From Candidatus Pacearchaeota archaeon (GTDB taxonomy: Archaea > Nanobdellota > Nanobdellia > Pacearchaeales > GW2011-AR1): a DNA stretch of 50,273 nt. Under the pieces are notes generated by a model. That model ran no database searches. It saw only the letters and a program-made list of their open reading frames with translations, and was not told the DNA's origin. Positions 25,372 to 34,580 of this stretch are shown here, piece by piece; within the stretch, counting starts at the first letter, position 1, and each line of letters begins with the position of its first letter. Location of the stretch: NCBI GenBank assembly GCA_017609405.1, contig JAFCDZ010000003.1, forward strand, positions 1 to 50,273, read 5' to 3'. The position numbers and the translations under genes were made by a program.

Positions 25372-26459
25372 GGGTTTTGATATTTTCCACTATCTTTTTT
25401 CCAGAGGTTTCTGGTCCTTCTGTTTATGTTAGAGAAGTTTCCAAGGTTCTTGCAAAAAAAGGTTTCTCTGTTGATATTCTCTGTCCAGGAGAATATATCT
25501 CTTTTGAGAATTTCGGAAAAATAAAAATTAATAGATTTAAGAAACCAAAGAATGTTAATGGAATTAAGAATTTATATCAATGGTATAAAAATCATTCAGA
25601 AGAAATCCTATCTCTCGTTGGTTTGGATTATGATTTTATTATTACTACAACTCATTTGATGTTAGGAGGATTGAAGAAGCGTTTTCTTAATGCTCAAATT
25701 TTTTGGAAAATCCCCTCTTTGATGCTGTTTTCAGAAGATTTTACGACAAGAAAAGAAATCAATGAAAATATTAAATTAATAAAAGAGCTCTCAAAAGGAG
25801 TTATTCTTATTTTTCCAAGTGAATTTTTGAGAAAAGAATTTTTTATCAAAATAAAAGCAAAAAGGGAATCATATGTCATTCCTAATGGTGTTGACTTCAA
25901 TAGGTTTAAACCAGGTTTTTTAAGAAAAAATTGGGTGATTTATCTTGGACGTTTTTCGAGAGAAAAAAACCTTTCTGTTTTATCAGATGTTTTTAAAGAA
26001 GTTGGGCAGAACTCAAAAATAGTTCTTGTTGGCGAATTAATTGATAACTACAAAAAAATGTTTGAAAGATTAATCTCGTCTCTGGGTAATAGGGTTTTTT
26101 TGTTCAGAAAAACACCTCATCCTGAGAATTATCTGAAAAAATCAAGGATTTTAGTTCTTCCTTCTTTATACGAGTCTTTTGGGAATGTTCTGCTTGAAGC
26201 TATGGCTTGCGGGGTTCCAAGTGTTGCTTTTATGCCTGATGGGGATAAAATTAAAACAGCTTCTAATGAACTTATAATTAATGGTAAAAATGGTTTTCTT
26301 GTTAAAGACAAAAAGGAGATGGCTGAAAAAATAAATCTTCTATTAAAGGATAAAAAACTTTGGAAAAAAATGTCAAAAGATTCTATTAAATTATCTAAAA
26401 AATATTCCTGGGAAAACCATGTTAATAATATTCTGAATATCTTCAAAACCAAAAACTAG
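25368..26459 (+). CDS. Glycosyltransferase family 4
   Basis: IPNGVD, GRFSREKN, PSLYESFGNVLLEAMACG. Confidence 0.93.
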   Translation: MRVLIFSTIFFPEVSGPSVYVREVSKVLAKKGFSVDILCPGEYISFENFGKIKINRFKKPKNVNGIKNLYQWYKNHSEEILSLVGLDYDFIITTTHLMLGGLKKRFLNAQIFWKIPSLMLFSEDFTTRKEINENIKLIKELSKGVILIFPSEFLRKEFFIKIKAKRESYVIPNGVDFNRFKPGFLRKNWVIYLGRFSREKNLSVLSDVFKEVGQNSKIVLVGELIDNYKKMFERLISSLGNRVFLFRKTPHPENYLKKSRILVLPSLYESFGNVLLEAMACGVPSVAFMPDGDKIKTASNELIINGKNGFLVKDKKEMAEKINLLLKDKKLWKKMSKDSIKLSKKYSWENHVNNILNIFKTKN

Positions 26460-27156
26460 AATAACCAACTACAGAAGTTTTTTCTCCTATTATATCCCCA
26501 GAATTTTTGTATTCAATTAATTTTGGTTTCCATTTTTTTATTTTGCATATGTTCATCATAATTAATAATGGAAAAACTCCACAAGCATCTATTTGTTCAG
26601 CTTTTTCTATTTCTAAATTTTCAATTATTTTTATTGTTCTTAAATCTCTTTCAATTGCAGTTTCATAGTCAAAGAAATGAGATAAATCAGTTGAAAAAAC
26701 AAAAATAGTTTTATCATCTTTAAATTTCAGGATTTCTTCTGCTATTTTTTTTGATTGTTCTAAACTTAATTGCCCAACGACTATTGGCAAAATTTTATTT
26801 ATACCTATTTTTTGAAGAAAAGGGATTTGGTTATCTATTGAATGCTCGTAATTTAATCCATGAAGTTCTTTTATCTCAGAATTAATTATCTCTGGCTCTC
26901 CAAAAGGAGTTTTTATTTTTGGAATTTTTGCTATTCCATAAAATCCGAACTGATGTGAAGGTCCAAAAATAATTGCTTTTTCAAATCCTTTGTTTTTTAA
27001 GAGTGCGAAAGCTTTTCCTGCAATTTTTCCAGAGTATTCATATCCTGCATGAGGAACAATAACTCCGTGAATTTCCTTTACTTGTTGTTCAGTTTCTAAA
27101 AATTTTTCCAATAATTCATCTAATTCTTCTTTATTTTTGGGATACCAGTTTAGCAT
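26443..27156 (-). CDS. amrB: AmmeMemoRadiSam system protein B (MEMO1 family)
   Basis: VPHAGYEYSG, GPSH, EHS, STDLSH, CG, YxNSGD, VVGY. Confidence 0.92.
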   Translation of the reverse strand: MLNWYPKNKEELDELLEKFLETEQQVKEIHGVIVPHAGYEYSGKIAGKAFALLKNKGFEKAIIFGPSHQFGFYGIAKIPKIKTPFGEPEIINSEIKELHGLNYEHSIDNQIPFLQKIGINKILPIVVGQLSLEQSKKIAEEILKFKDDKTIFVFSTDLSHFFDYETAIERDLRTIKIIENLEIEKAEQIDACGVFPLLIMMNICKIKKWKPKLIEYKNSGDIIGEKTSVVGYSSFWF

Positions 27157-27190
27157 AATCTATTTAATATCCTTTTGTTTATATATTTTA

Positions 27191-28075
27191 ATGAAAGAAG
27201 CAAAATTATATGTTAGAAAAAAAGGGAATAATGTCCAGTGTCTTGCTTGCCCTCATAAATGCCTAATTTCAGAAGACAATTTTGGAATTTGCGGAGTTAG
27301 AAAAAATGTTAAAGGAAAACTTTTTCTTCTTGTTTATGGGAAGCCGGTTGCTGTTCATGTTGATCCAATAGAAAAGAAACCATTTTATAATTTTCTTCCT
27401 GGAACTTATTCTTATTCTATTGGAACTTTTGGATGCAATTTTAGATGCTCATTTTGTCAGAATTATGATATTTCTCAGTTTAGAGAGTTTTATTTGGATT
27501 TTGAAGAGACAATAAAAAAACTTCCATATGTTTCTCCAAATGAAATTGTAAAAAATGCTTTAAATGAAAACTGCTCATCAATTGCTTACACTTATAATGA
27601 GCCATCAATTTTTGTTGAGTATGTAAGAGATATTGCTGTTTTAGCAAGAAAAGAAGGATTAAAAAATCTTCTTGTAACAAATGGGTATTTTTCAAAAGAA
27701 AGTTTTGAATATGTTTCAAAATATATTGATGCTATGAATGTTGATTTAAAATCTTTTAGAGACGAGTTTTATCAAAAAATTTGTGGAGCAAAATTAAAGC
27801 CTGTTTTAGAGACCATTAAAAGAGCTTATGAAAAAGGAATTCATCTTGAATTAACTACACTTATTATTCCAGAAGAAAATGATTCTGATGACGAGTTAAA
27901 ATCTATTGCTGAGTTTATCGCCTCAATTGATAAAAATATCCCTTGGCATATTTCAAGATTTTTTCCAATGTATAAAATGCAAGATGAACCTATAACTCCT
28001 TTTAAAACTTTAAAGAGAGCAAAAAAAATAGGGCGCTCAGTTGGATTAAAGTATGTTTATATAGGGAATGTTTAG
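27191..28075 (+). CDS. amrS: AmmeMemoRadiSam system radical SAM enzyme
   Basis: CxxCPHxC...GICGVR, DPIEKKP, CNFRCSFCQN, YTYNEP, PWHISRFFP, YVYIGN; start at MKEA. Confidence 0.93.
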   Translation: MKEAKLYVRKKGNNVQCLACPHKCLISEDNFGICGVRKNVKGKLFLLVYGKPVAVHVDPIEKKPFYNFLPGTYSYSIGTFGCNFRCSFCQNYDISQFREFYLDFEETIKKLPYVSPNEIVKNALNENCSSIAYTYNEPSIFVEYVRDIAVLARKEGLKNLLVTNGYFSKESFEYVSKYIDAMNVDLKSFRDEFYQKICGAKLKPVLETIKRAYEKGIHLELTTLIIPEENDSDDELKSIAEFIASIDKNIPWHISRFFPMYKMQDEPITPFKTLKRAKKIGRSVGLKYVYIGNV

Positions 28076-28182
28076 GAAGTCTTAGGGAAAGGGAAGCACC
28101 AAGCACCATCTATTAGCAGAAAATTATCAAAACATCTTTTTACTTCTCTATAACAAGGGGTTCCGGGATGATGAGTTATCAT
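28072..28182 (-). CDS. Candidate 36-aa Cys-containing peptide
   Basis: MITHHPGTPCYREVKRCFDNFLLIDGAWCFPFPKTS; ATGA overlap with the peptidase stop. Confidence 0.35.
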   Translation of the reverse strand: MITHHPGTPCYREVKRCFDNFLLIDGAWCFPFPKTS

Positions 28183-28847
28183 TTTAAATCTTTACCTAAC
28201 ACTTCTTTAAAAAAATTATTCTGTATTTTATCAAAATCTCCAAATACTTCCTTAAAAGCAACAAATTCATTTTTTTCTTTTATTTTTCTAAGAAATTCTA
28301 TAATTCTTTTATCCCCTCCATAATTTTTTGAAAGAAACTTAAAAAATTCTGCTGCTTGTCCATAAGGATGAAATTTTTCCCATAATGATTTATCATAACT
28401 TAATTTTTTTAAATCTCTGACTTTTTCTATCTTAAAATTATAATCCCTAAATGCAAAGTACTGGCATATTCCTTCTTCTATCCATCTAAAAGTGTTTTTA
28501 GGATCAAGCATTCTTTTGATAAAAATGTGGCATAATTCATGCACTATAACTTTTTTGAATTCGTTCTTTGAATGGTTTCTTTTTTCGAACAAATTTTTAT
28601 TTAAAATAAAAAGTCTTCCGTTTTTCGCATAAAAGCCTATAACATACTCAGGAGGTTCTTTATCATACTCTTTGATATAAATATCTATAAATTTCTCTAT
28701 TGAATTCAAAATAGATACTTCTATTTTGTAAGGAGAAATGTTTGTTGGATTAAATTGGAAAACTTCAAGTAAGTAATTAAAAGACCTCTTTATAATTTTT
28801 TTATCTTCTAACTTATCTGAATTAATTATTAAACCTCTCAATGACAT
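28179..28847 (-). CDS. Gluzincin (peptidase MA-like) zinc metallopeptidase domain protein
   Basis: VHELCH (HExxH) and WIEEG third ligand. Confidence 0.8.
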   Translation of the reverse strand: MSLRGLIINSDKLEDKKIIKRSFNYLLEVFQFNPTNISPYKIEVSILNSIEKFIDIYIKEYDKEPPEYVIGFYAKNGRLFILNKNLFEKRNHSKNEFKKVIVHELCHIFIKRMLDPKNTFRWIEEGICQYFAFRDYNFKIEKVRDLKKLSYDKSLWEKFHPYGQAAEFFKFLSKNYGGDKRIIEFLRKIKEKNEFVAFKEVFGDFDKIQNNFFKEVLGKDLK

Positions 28848-28972
28848 TAAAAAGTTGCAGAGATTTTAATTCAGTATAGATTAAATCTCTTTGCATTGTA
28901 TATAGATACTCAACATTTTTTTAAATTTTTTGGTTTTCATAACTATAAAGTTATAATTCCTTATCTCTCTTT

Positions 28973-30079
28973 TCATTCCATCTTCTTCACCAACTCGGCT
29001 ACAATTTCTATATGTGGAGTATGTGGAAAAAAATCAAATAGTGCAATACTTTTGAGTTCATATTCATTAAATTCTTTTAATTCTTCTGAAAATTTTTTTG
29101 GATTGCATGAAACATAAATAATTAATTCTGGAACTCTTTTTTTAATTTCATTTATTGTTTTTTTGTGCATTCCTTTTCTTGGAGGGTCTGTAATAATTAT
29201 TGAATTCTCGTCGAATTTTAATTCTTTTAATTCTTTTGCATCAAGCTCAACAATTTTTGCATTTTTTATTTTGTTTTCTTTTATGTTTTCTTCTGCGTAT
29301 TTTACGCAATCTGGAAAATTTTCAAGTATTAAAACTTCTTTGAATAATTCAGAGTTTATTATTCCAAAGCATCCAACACCACTGTATAAATCAATTAATG
29401 TTTTGTTTTTTGTTTCATATTTTTTTAACAATGAATTTACATATTTGTGCATTTCTTCTGTTAGAGCTGAATTTGTCTGAAAAAAACCTTGTGCTGAAAA
29501 ATAGAAAGTTTTTCCTAGAAATTTTTCTTTTAATTTCCCGTTTCCTTTTATTATTTTGAATTCTTCTGAAATACTTACTGGACTTTTCCTTGGAACATAA
29601 GTTATTAAAATATTTTCAGCTGAAATTTCTTCAGCCAATTTTTTTATTTCTCCTTCTGCTTTTTCAAGCTCTTCAGAATCTTTGTTTAATACAAATGAAA
29701 CAGATGAAGAATAGCGCGGAGCTCTTATCACAATATTTTTTAGAGTTCCTTGTTTTGTTCTCTCATCAAATGGTTTTATTTTATCAACAGATTTTTTTGT
29801 TTGTTTTATTAATTCATTTATTTTTTTATTTGAGATTAAACATTCATCTATATTAATTACTTTATCCCAATTTCCTTTTTCTTTTAATCCTATTCCTTTT
29901 TCTGAAACAGCAAAATCCATACGATTTCTATAGAAAAAAGGCTCTCCTGAAAAAACTTTTATTTCTTTAATTCCAAGAAGCTCTTGTATTTCTTTTTTCT
30001 TTTTTTCAAGTTGCTCTTTGTATTCAATATCTTGATATTTACATCCCCCGCATTTTCCGAAATATTTGCATTTTTCCAT
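28973..30079 (-). CDS. RlmD/TrmA-family RNA (uracil-5)-methyltransferase, 4Fe-4S type, no TRAM domain
   Basis: CKYFGKCGGC, YRNRMDF, FFQTN, DLYSGVG, DPPRKG, YVSCNP, DFFPHTPHIE. Confidence 0.92.
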   Translation of the reverse strand: MEKCKYFGKCGGCKYQDIEYKEQLEKKKKEIQELLGIKEIKVFSGEPFFYRNRMDFAVSEKGIGLKEKGNWDKVINIDECLISNKKINELIKQTKKSVDKIKPFDERTKQGTLKNIVIRAPRYSSSVSFVLNKDSEELEKAEGEIKKLAEEISAENILITYVPRKSPVSISEEFKIIKGNGKLKEKFLGKTFYFSAQGFFQTNSALTEEMHKYVNSLLKKYETKNKTLIDLYSGVGCFGIINSELFKEVLILENFPDCVKYAEENIKENKIKNAKIVELDAKELKELKFDENSIIITDPPRKGMHKKTINEIKKRVPELIIYVSCNPKKFSEELKEFNEYELKSIALFDFFPHTPHIEIVAELVKKME

Positions 30080-30129
30080 TTCATTATTCTTTTTTTAAGC
30101 TTTATAAACTCTTTTTATTTTATTCTAAT

Positions 30130-30657
30130 ATGAAATTAACAGAGTTGGCGAGAAAAACTCTTGAAGCTTCTTTTAATAATGAAAAATTTGAGCCAGATGC
30201 GGAAACAAAGAAAAAATATTCTGAAAAAAGGGCTTGTTTTGTTACACTTACTTTAAATGGAGAGTTAAGAGGTTGTGTCGGAAGTTTGGAAGCACATCAA
30301 GAGCTTTGGAAAGATGTTCAGGATAATGCAATTAATGCAGCTTTTTATGACACCAGATTTTTTCCTTTAACAAAAGAGGAATTAGACAAAATAAAAATTG
30401 AGGTTTCTGTTTTATCTCCTTCTGAGAGAATTGAGTTTAGCTCTCCTCAAGAGCTTTTAGAAAAAATTGATAATAAAATGGGTATTATTTTGAAAAAGAA
30501 TTTTCATACTGCTACTTTTTTGCCTCAAGTTTGGGAGCAAATTCCTGATAAAATAAGATTTTTAGAAGAGCTTAGTTTAAAAGCAGGATTAAATAAAGAT
30601 GCTTGGAAAGATGCTGAAATTTGGTTTTATAGGGTGAGTGTAGAGGAAGAAAGTTAA
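30130..30657 (+). CDS. amrA: AmmeMemoRadiSam system protein A (AMMECR1 family)
   Basis: CFVTL, LRGCVG, AAFxDxRF, IEVSVLS, ATFLPQVW, LSLKAG. Confidence 0.93.
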   Translation: MKLTELARKTLEASFNNEKFEPDAETKKKYSEKRACFVTLTLNGELRGCVGSLEAHQELWKDVQDNAINAAFYDTRFFPLTKEELDKIKIEVSVLSPSERIEFSSPQELLEKIDNKMGIILKKNFHTATFLPQVWEQIPDKIRFLEELSLKAGLNKDAWKDAEIWFYRVSVEEES

Positions 30658-31115
30658 ATAAATTCAAAAGGATTTTCTTCAGAATCACCAAAAATTTTTT
30701 CTAATCTTCTCCGATGTTTCTCAACTTCCTCTAAATTTTGCCTTATTCTCATATCTCTTTCTTGCACCAATCTTCTATCAAGAGAATTTATCCACGAAAA
30801 ATATCTTATTATTTCCCCACTAAGAATCATTTCTATGGAGAAATTTAAATACTCTCCCTTATATCCATTTTTTAATAAAAAATATGTTGCCAAAGCTCCC
30901 CCAATAGTGAGTATATTTGGAATAAATTGCCTCCATACTCTCTCTTTTCTTCTCTCCCTTTTTGTTTCTCTGAGTTTTAACATTAATTTTTCAGGGTCAA
31001 GAATATATTCGCTTAAAAAATTTTCATAATCTCTTTTTATGTCAGTTCCAAGAAAATATTCTTCAAGTTTCCTTAATAATCTCTTTTGATTCATTTTATT
31101 AAATATTCCTGTCAT
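30654..31115 (-). CDS. Hypothetical membrane-associated protein
   Basis: 153-aa ORF with one or two hydrophobic segments. Confidence 0.65.
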   Translation of the reverse strand: MTGIFNKMNQKRLLRKLEEYFLGTDIKRDYENFLSEYILDPEKLMLKLRETKRERRKERVWRQFIPNILTIGGALATYFLLKNGYKGEYLNFSIEMILSGEIIRYFSWINSLDRRLVQERDMRIRQNLEEVEKHRRRLEKIFGDSEENPFEFI

Positions 31116-31332
31116 ATTTTTTATATCCCCTCAATTCTGCTTCTGGTCCAGCTGTTTCATAGCCTTGTGTTTTATATCTTTCAACTAATTGGGCGTATCT
31201 ATTGATTAATTCGTCTCTTTTTACACCAGTAGAATTCCTTATTTCTTCCTTAAGTTTTTTAAATTCTTTTACTGCTTCATCAGGAAGTTGTTTTTCATTA
31301 CATAGCCCTAATATTCTTAATAAAGAGTTCAT
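31099..31332 (-). CDS. Small hypothetical protein
   Basis: 77 aa; ATGA-coupled to the rfcL stop. Confidence 0.6.
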   Translation of the reverse strand: MNSLLRILGLCNEKQLPDEAVKEFKKLKEEIRNSTGVKRDELINRYAQLVERYKTQGYETAGPEAELRGYKKYDRNI

Positions 31333-32513
31333 TTTTCCTCCATTAGATAAGCTATTTCATCTTCATCTAATCTTAATTCTTCTTGGATTTTTTCGTTATT
31401 TTTTATTATCTCCTTTATTATTGGGAATTCTCTCAATGCTCTTTTTACTCCAATATGAACATACTGAGCATATTTCTCTGCAATTTTTTTCTTTTTTTCT
31501 GCTTTTTGATTAGCCATCCACATTTTTAAAACCCTCATTGGATTTTTATATTTTGTAAAGCCTTGTTTTGGTTGTCTTTTTGATGCAGAGATACCATAGC
31601 TTAGAAAAATATTTTCATAAACTAAAAATCTCCAGTATTGTTGTTTATAGATTCTTCCTCTGAAGATGTCTGCTTTGCTTAACATTTCTATGGCTCTTGC
31701 TAATTCTTCTTCTTTATACTCTTCTGGGATATTCTCTTCAATCCATAGGAAAATTCTTTCAAGAGGTTCACTTGTAAAATCAAAAATATTCAATAGCTCC
31801 TCTCTTGGCTTATCTTTAAATATTGTTTTTAATATCTGAAAGATGCTTTCTTCTTTGTTTCTTTCACTCAATTCTTCATGATTTATTTCTTCTACTTTTG
31901 CTATTGTTTGTAAATCATTTATGGCTGCTCTTAAGTCTCCTTTTGCTTTTGCAGCTATGCTTGAAATTATATCAATGTTAATAAACAACCCCTCTTTTTT
32001 TAATATCTGTATCAAGGTATCCTTTATTTCTTTGTAATTTAACTCTTTTAATTCAACAAACTCACAAACTTTTCTTAATTCATTAAATTTCTTGTCCCAG
32101 ATTTTATTTGCAGTGAGTATAACAGGATAATTTGTTGTTTTAATTAATCTTAATAATTCTGTTAGTCCCCCCCTATCAACAGCAGATATTCCATCCACTT
32201 CATCTATTAAAATTAATTTCCCTTTGTTGAAGAAAGATTGTTGATTCATTGAGGGCTTTAATACTTCATCAAGTTTGTTTTTATTTCTTAGATCTGATGC
32301 ATTTAATTCAAATAATTCAAGGTCATTCTCTTTTGCTGCTACATAAGCGATTGTTGTTTTTCCTGTTCCAGGAGGTCCTGCGAGAAGAATTGCTTTTTTT
32401 GCTTTGGGTAATTTGTTGAAGTTTCCTATAAACTCTCTTACTTTTTGAACAGTTTCTTCTTGTCCAACTATTTCTAAAAATTTAGATGGACGATATTTTT
32501 CTACCCAGAGCAT
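31329..32513 (-). CDS. rfcL: Replication factor C large subunit
   Basis: [44 protein letters not shown]. Confidence 0.95.
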   Translation of the reverse strand: MLWVEKYRPSKFLEIVGQEETVQKVREFIGNFNKLPKAKKAILLAGPPGTGKTTIAYVAAKENDLELFELNASDLRNKNKLDEVLKPSMNQQSFFNKGKLILIDEVDGISAVDRGGLTELLRLIKTTNYPVILTANKIWDKKFNELRKVCEFVELKELNYKEIKDTLIQILKKEGLFINIDIISSIAAKAKGDLRAAINDLQTIAKVEEINHEELSERNKEESIFQILKTIFKDKPREELLNIFDFTSEPLERIFLWIEENIPEEYKEEELARAIEMLSKADIFRGRIYKQQYWRFLVYENIFLSYGISASKRQPKQGFTKYKNPMRVLKMWMANQKAEKKKKIAEKYAQYVHIGVKRALREFPIIKEIIKNNEKIQEELRLDEDEIAYLMEEK

Positions 32514-32567
32514 ATCTTAGATAAGTGCCTTTAATTTATAAGGTTTTATGAGGTTTTAGTTATATCT

Positions 32568-33533
32568 TCATTCTTTTCCTAATCCTGCTAAAACAAAGCT
32601 TGCTAAAAGAGCTTCTAATTGAATGAAAGGGTCTGAGCCTTCGACTATTCTAAATTCTATCTCCCCTGTTTTTTCAGTTAATTTGACCTTTATTTCTGGT
32701 TCAACAGGAAGATTCCAAATTTCTTTTTGAATTGCTTTTATTACATCCTGTCCAGAAATAGATTCTTTTAACATTATATCAAGAAGTTTATCTTTTGCTT
32801 CTCTGAAATCTCCTGCTAAAGCGTAATCAAGGACAACTCTTATGTCTTTTGGTTTTGCATTTGAGATAATTGTTCTTACTAATTCAGGAGTTATATTTTG
32901 AGAAATAGATGCTGTTGCCTGTAAGATATTTGTGGCTCTACGACAGTCTCCTTCACTACCCTCATAAATCTCATCAATTGCTTCTGGAGAGATTGTTAAA
33001 TTTTCAGCTTCTGCAATTTTCATAAGATATTTTTCAATATCTTTTTTTTCTAATAATTTAAATCTAAAAATAGCACATCTTGATTGTATTGGGTCAATAA
33101 TTTTGCTTGAATAGTTGCAAGATAAAATAAACCTACATGTTGAAGAATAATTTTCCATTGTTCTTCTTAATGCTTGTTGTGCTTCAGGTGTCAAAGCATC
33201 TGCTTCATCTAAAAAAATTACTTTGAATGAAACTTCACCAATTGACTTTGTTCTTGCAAAATTTTTTACTTTTTCTCTTACAATGTTTATTCCCCTCTCA
33301 TCAGAAGCATTTAGTTCTAAATAATTTTCTCTCCATTTATCTCCGTAAAGAGTTTTAACAATAATCAGAGCCATTGTTGATTTTCCTGTTCCAGCAGGTC
33401 CTGCAAACAATAAATGAGGGATGTTTAGGGAATCTGTTAATGACTTTACTCTTTTTACAACTTCTTCCTGACCTACAACTTCCTCAAAAGTCGATGGTCT
33501 GTATTTTTCAGTCCAGATTTCACTGACAGCCAT
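32568..33533 (-). CDS. rfcS: Replication factor C small subunit
   Basis: WTEKYRP, GPAGTGKS, ELNASDERG, DEADALT, SRC motif; no intein. Confidence 0.97.
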   Translation of the reverse strand: MAVSEIWTEKYRPSTFEEVVGQEEVVKRVKSLTDSLNIPHLLFAGPAGTGKSTMALIIVKTLYGDKWRENYLELNASDERGINIVREKVKNFARTKSIGEVSFKVIFLDEADALTPEAQQALRRTMENYSSTCRFILSCNYSSKIIDPIQSRCAIFRFKLLEKKDIEKYLMKIAEAENLTISPEAIDEIYEGSEGDCRRATNILQATASISQNITPELVRTIISNAKPKDIRVVLDYALAGDFREAKDKLLDIMLKESISGQDVIKAIQKEIWNLPVEPEIKVKLTEKTGEIEFRIVEGSDPFIQLEALLASFVLAGLGKE

Positions 33534-33580
33534 GTTAGAATTAGTTTTCTTTTGCTTATAAATATTGTTGTATTATAAAA

Positions 33581-33697
33581 CTATTTAGCTCTTTCTCTTT
33601 TTAATCTTCTCTTTCTTTTAGCTTTTCTAAGCTTTTTTCTTTGCCATTTCCATCTCATCTGGCCTTTTTTCTTCCATCTCCTTGAGCTTCTTTTCAT
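33581..33697 (-). CDS. rpl41e: Ribosomal protein eL41 (eS32), 38 aa
   Basis: Hand-translated MKRSSRRWKKKGQMRWKWQRKKLRKAKRKRRLKRERAK, the archaeal L41e MRxKWxKK pattern with N-terminal extension. Confidence 0.88.
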   Translation of the reverse strand: MKRSSRRWKKKGQMRWKWQRKKLRKAKRKRRLKRERAK

Positions 33698-33808
33698 AGT
33701 TTGATTTAGATTGTTAGCTTTTAAAGGTTTTTGGTTTCTTAATAGGGTTAGTATTGAAAGAAAAACTCTTCGATAAGTTTATAAAAAAGTGCGAGTATTT
33801 ATCTATAG

Positions 33809-34540
33809 ATGAGATTAAACTTATGGTTAAAAGCGCTTGGAACATACCCTCAAAAGGAATTTGAATATAAATTTAGAAATTCTTTCAGAGGTTTTATTTT
33901 CAATCTTCTAAAAGATACAAAATATTCCAAAGTACATGATGAATCCTTAAAACCTTTTTGCTTTGGAAATTTATATCCAATAAAAAATCAAGAAATTGTT
34001 GAAGGAAAAACTTATAGGGTAACAATCAGCAGCCCGTTCACTAATCTTTTAGAAGAGATATTCTTTAAACTATTTCCAAATCAACAAATAAATCTGGGAG
34101 AAACATCTTTTAATCTTGTTAAAATAACTACTTCATCGAAAAAAATTCGCCCTTTTTCTCTAATTCAGCCAACAAATTTTATTTCATTAAAAGATAAGGA
34201 TGATAAATTTATCTTATTTAATGAAAATCCCTCTAAATTTATAGAAGCTTTAGAAAAGAATCTTCTAAAAAAATATTCTTTTTTTAAAAAAGACAAAATT
34301 CCTCCAAAAAATATTTTTAGCAATATCAAGATTATAGGAGATAGCGAAAATCCTTCTTTTGCATTGCCATTAGAATTGGTAAAAGAAGAAAAGATAATTA
34401 AATTAACTCTTAAAGGTTCAAATGTAAAAATTTTATTTGGAAATATAACAAAAGAGCAAGAGGAATTTTTCAATTTTATGTTTGATTTAGGTTTTGGCTC
34501 TTATAATTCTTATGGTATTGGGTTTATGATAATCCCCTAA
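33809..34540 (+). CDS. cas6: CRISPR-associated endoribonuclease Cas6
   Basis: FRGFIFNLL...H...PFCFG, ISSP, C-terminal G-rich loop GFGSYNSYGIG. Confidence 0.9.
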   Translation: MRLNLWLKALGTYPQKEFEYKFRNSFRGFIFNLLKDTKYSKVHDESLKPFCFGNLYPIKNQEIVEGKTYRVTISSPFTNLLEEIFFKLFPNQQINLGETSFNLVKITTSSKKIRPFSLIQPTNFISLKDKDDKFILFNENPSKFIEALEKNLLKKYSFFKKDKIPPKNIFSNIKIIGDSENPSFALPLELVKEEKIIKLTLKGSNVKILFGNITKEQEEFFNFMFDLGFGSYNSYGIGFMIIP

Positions 34541-34580
34541 CAAAGAAAAGTTTAAATAAATACCATGGTTATTAAAGACA

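Noticed and set aside
34541-34580. CreTA-like or mini-array between cas6 and cas10
   Set aside because: Only 40 bp, no repeat-like sequence; explained by a BRE/TATA promoter
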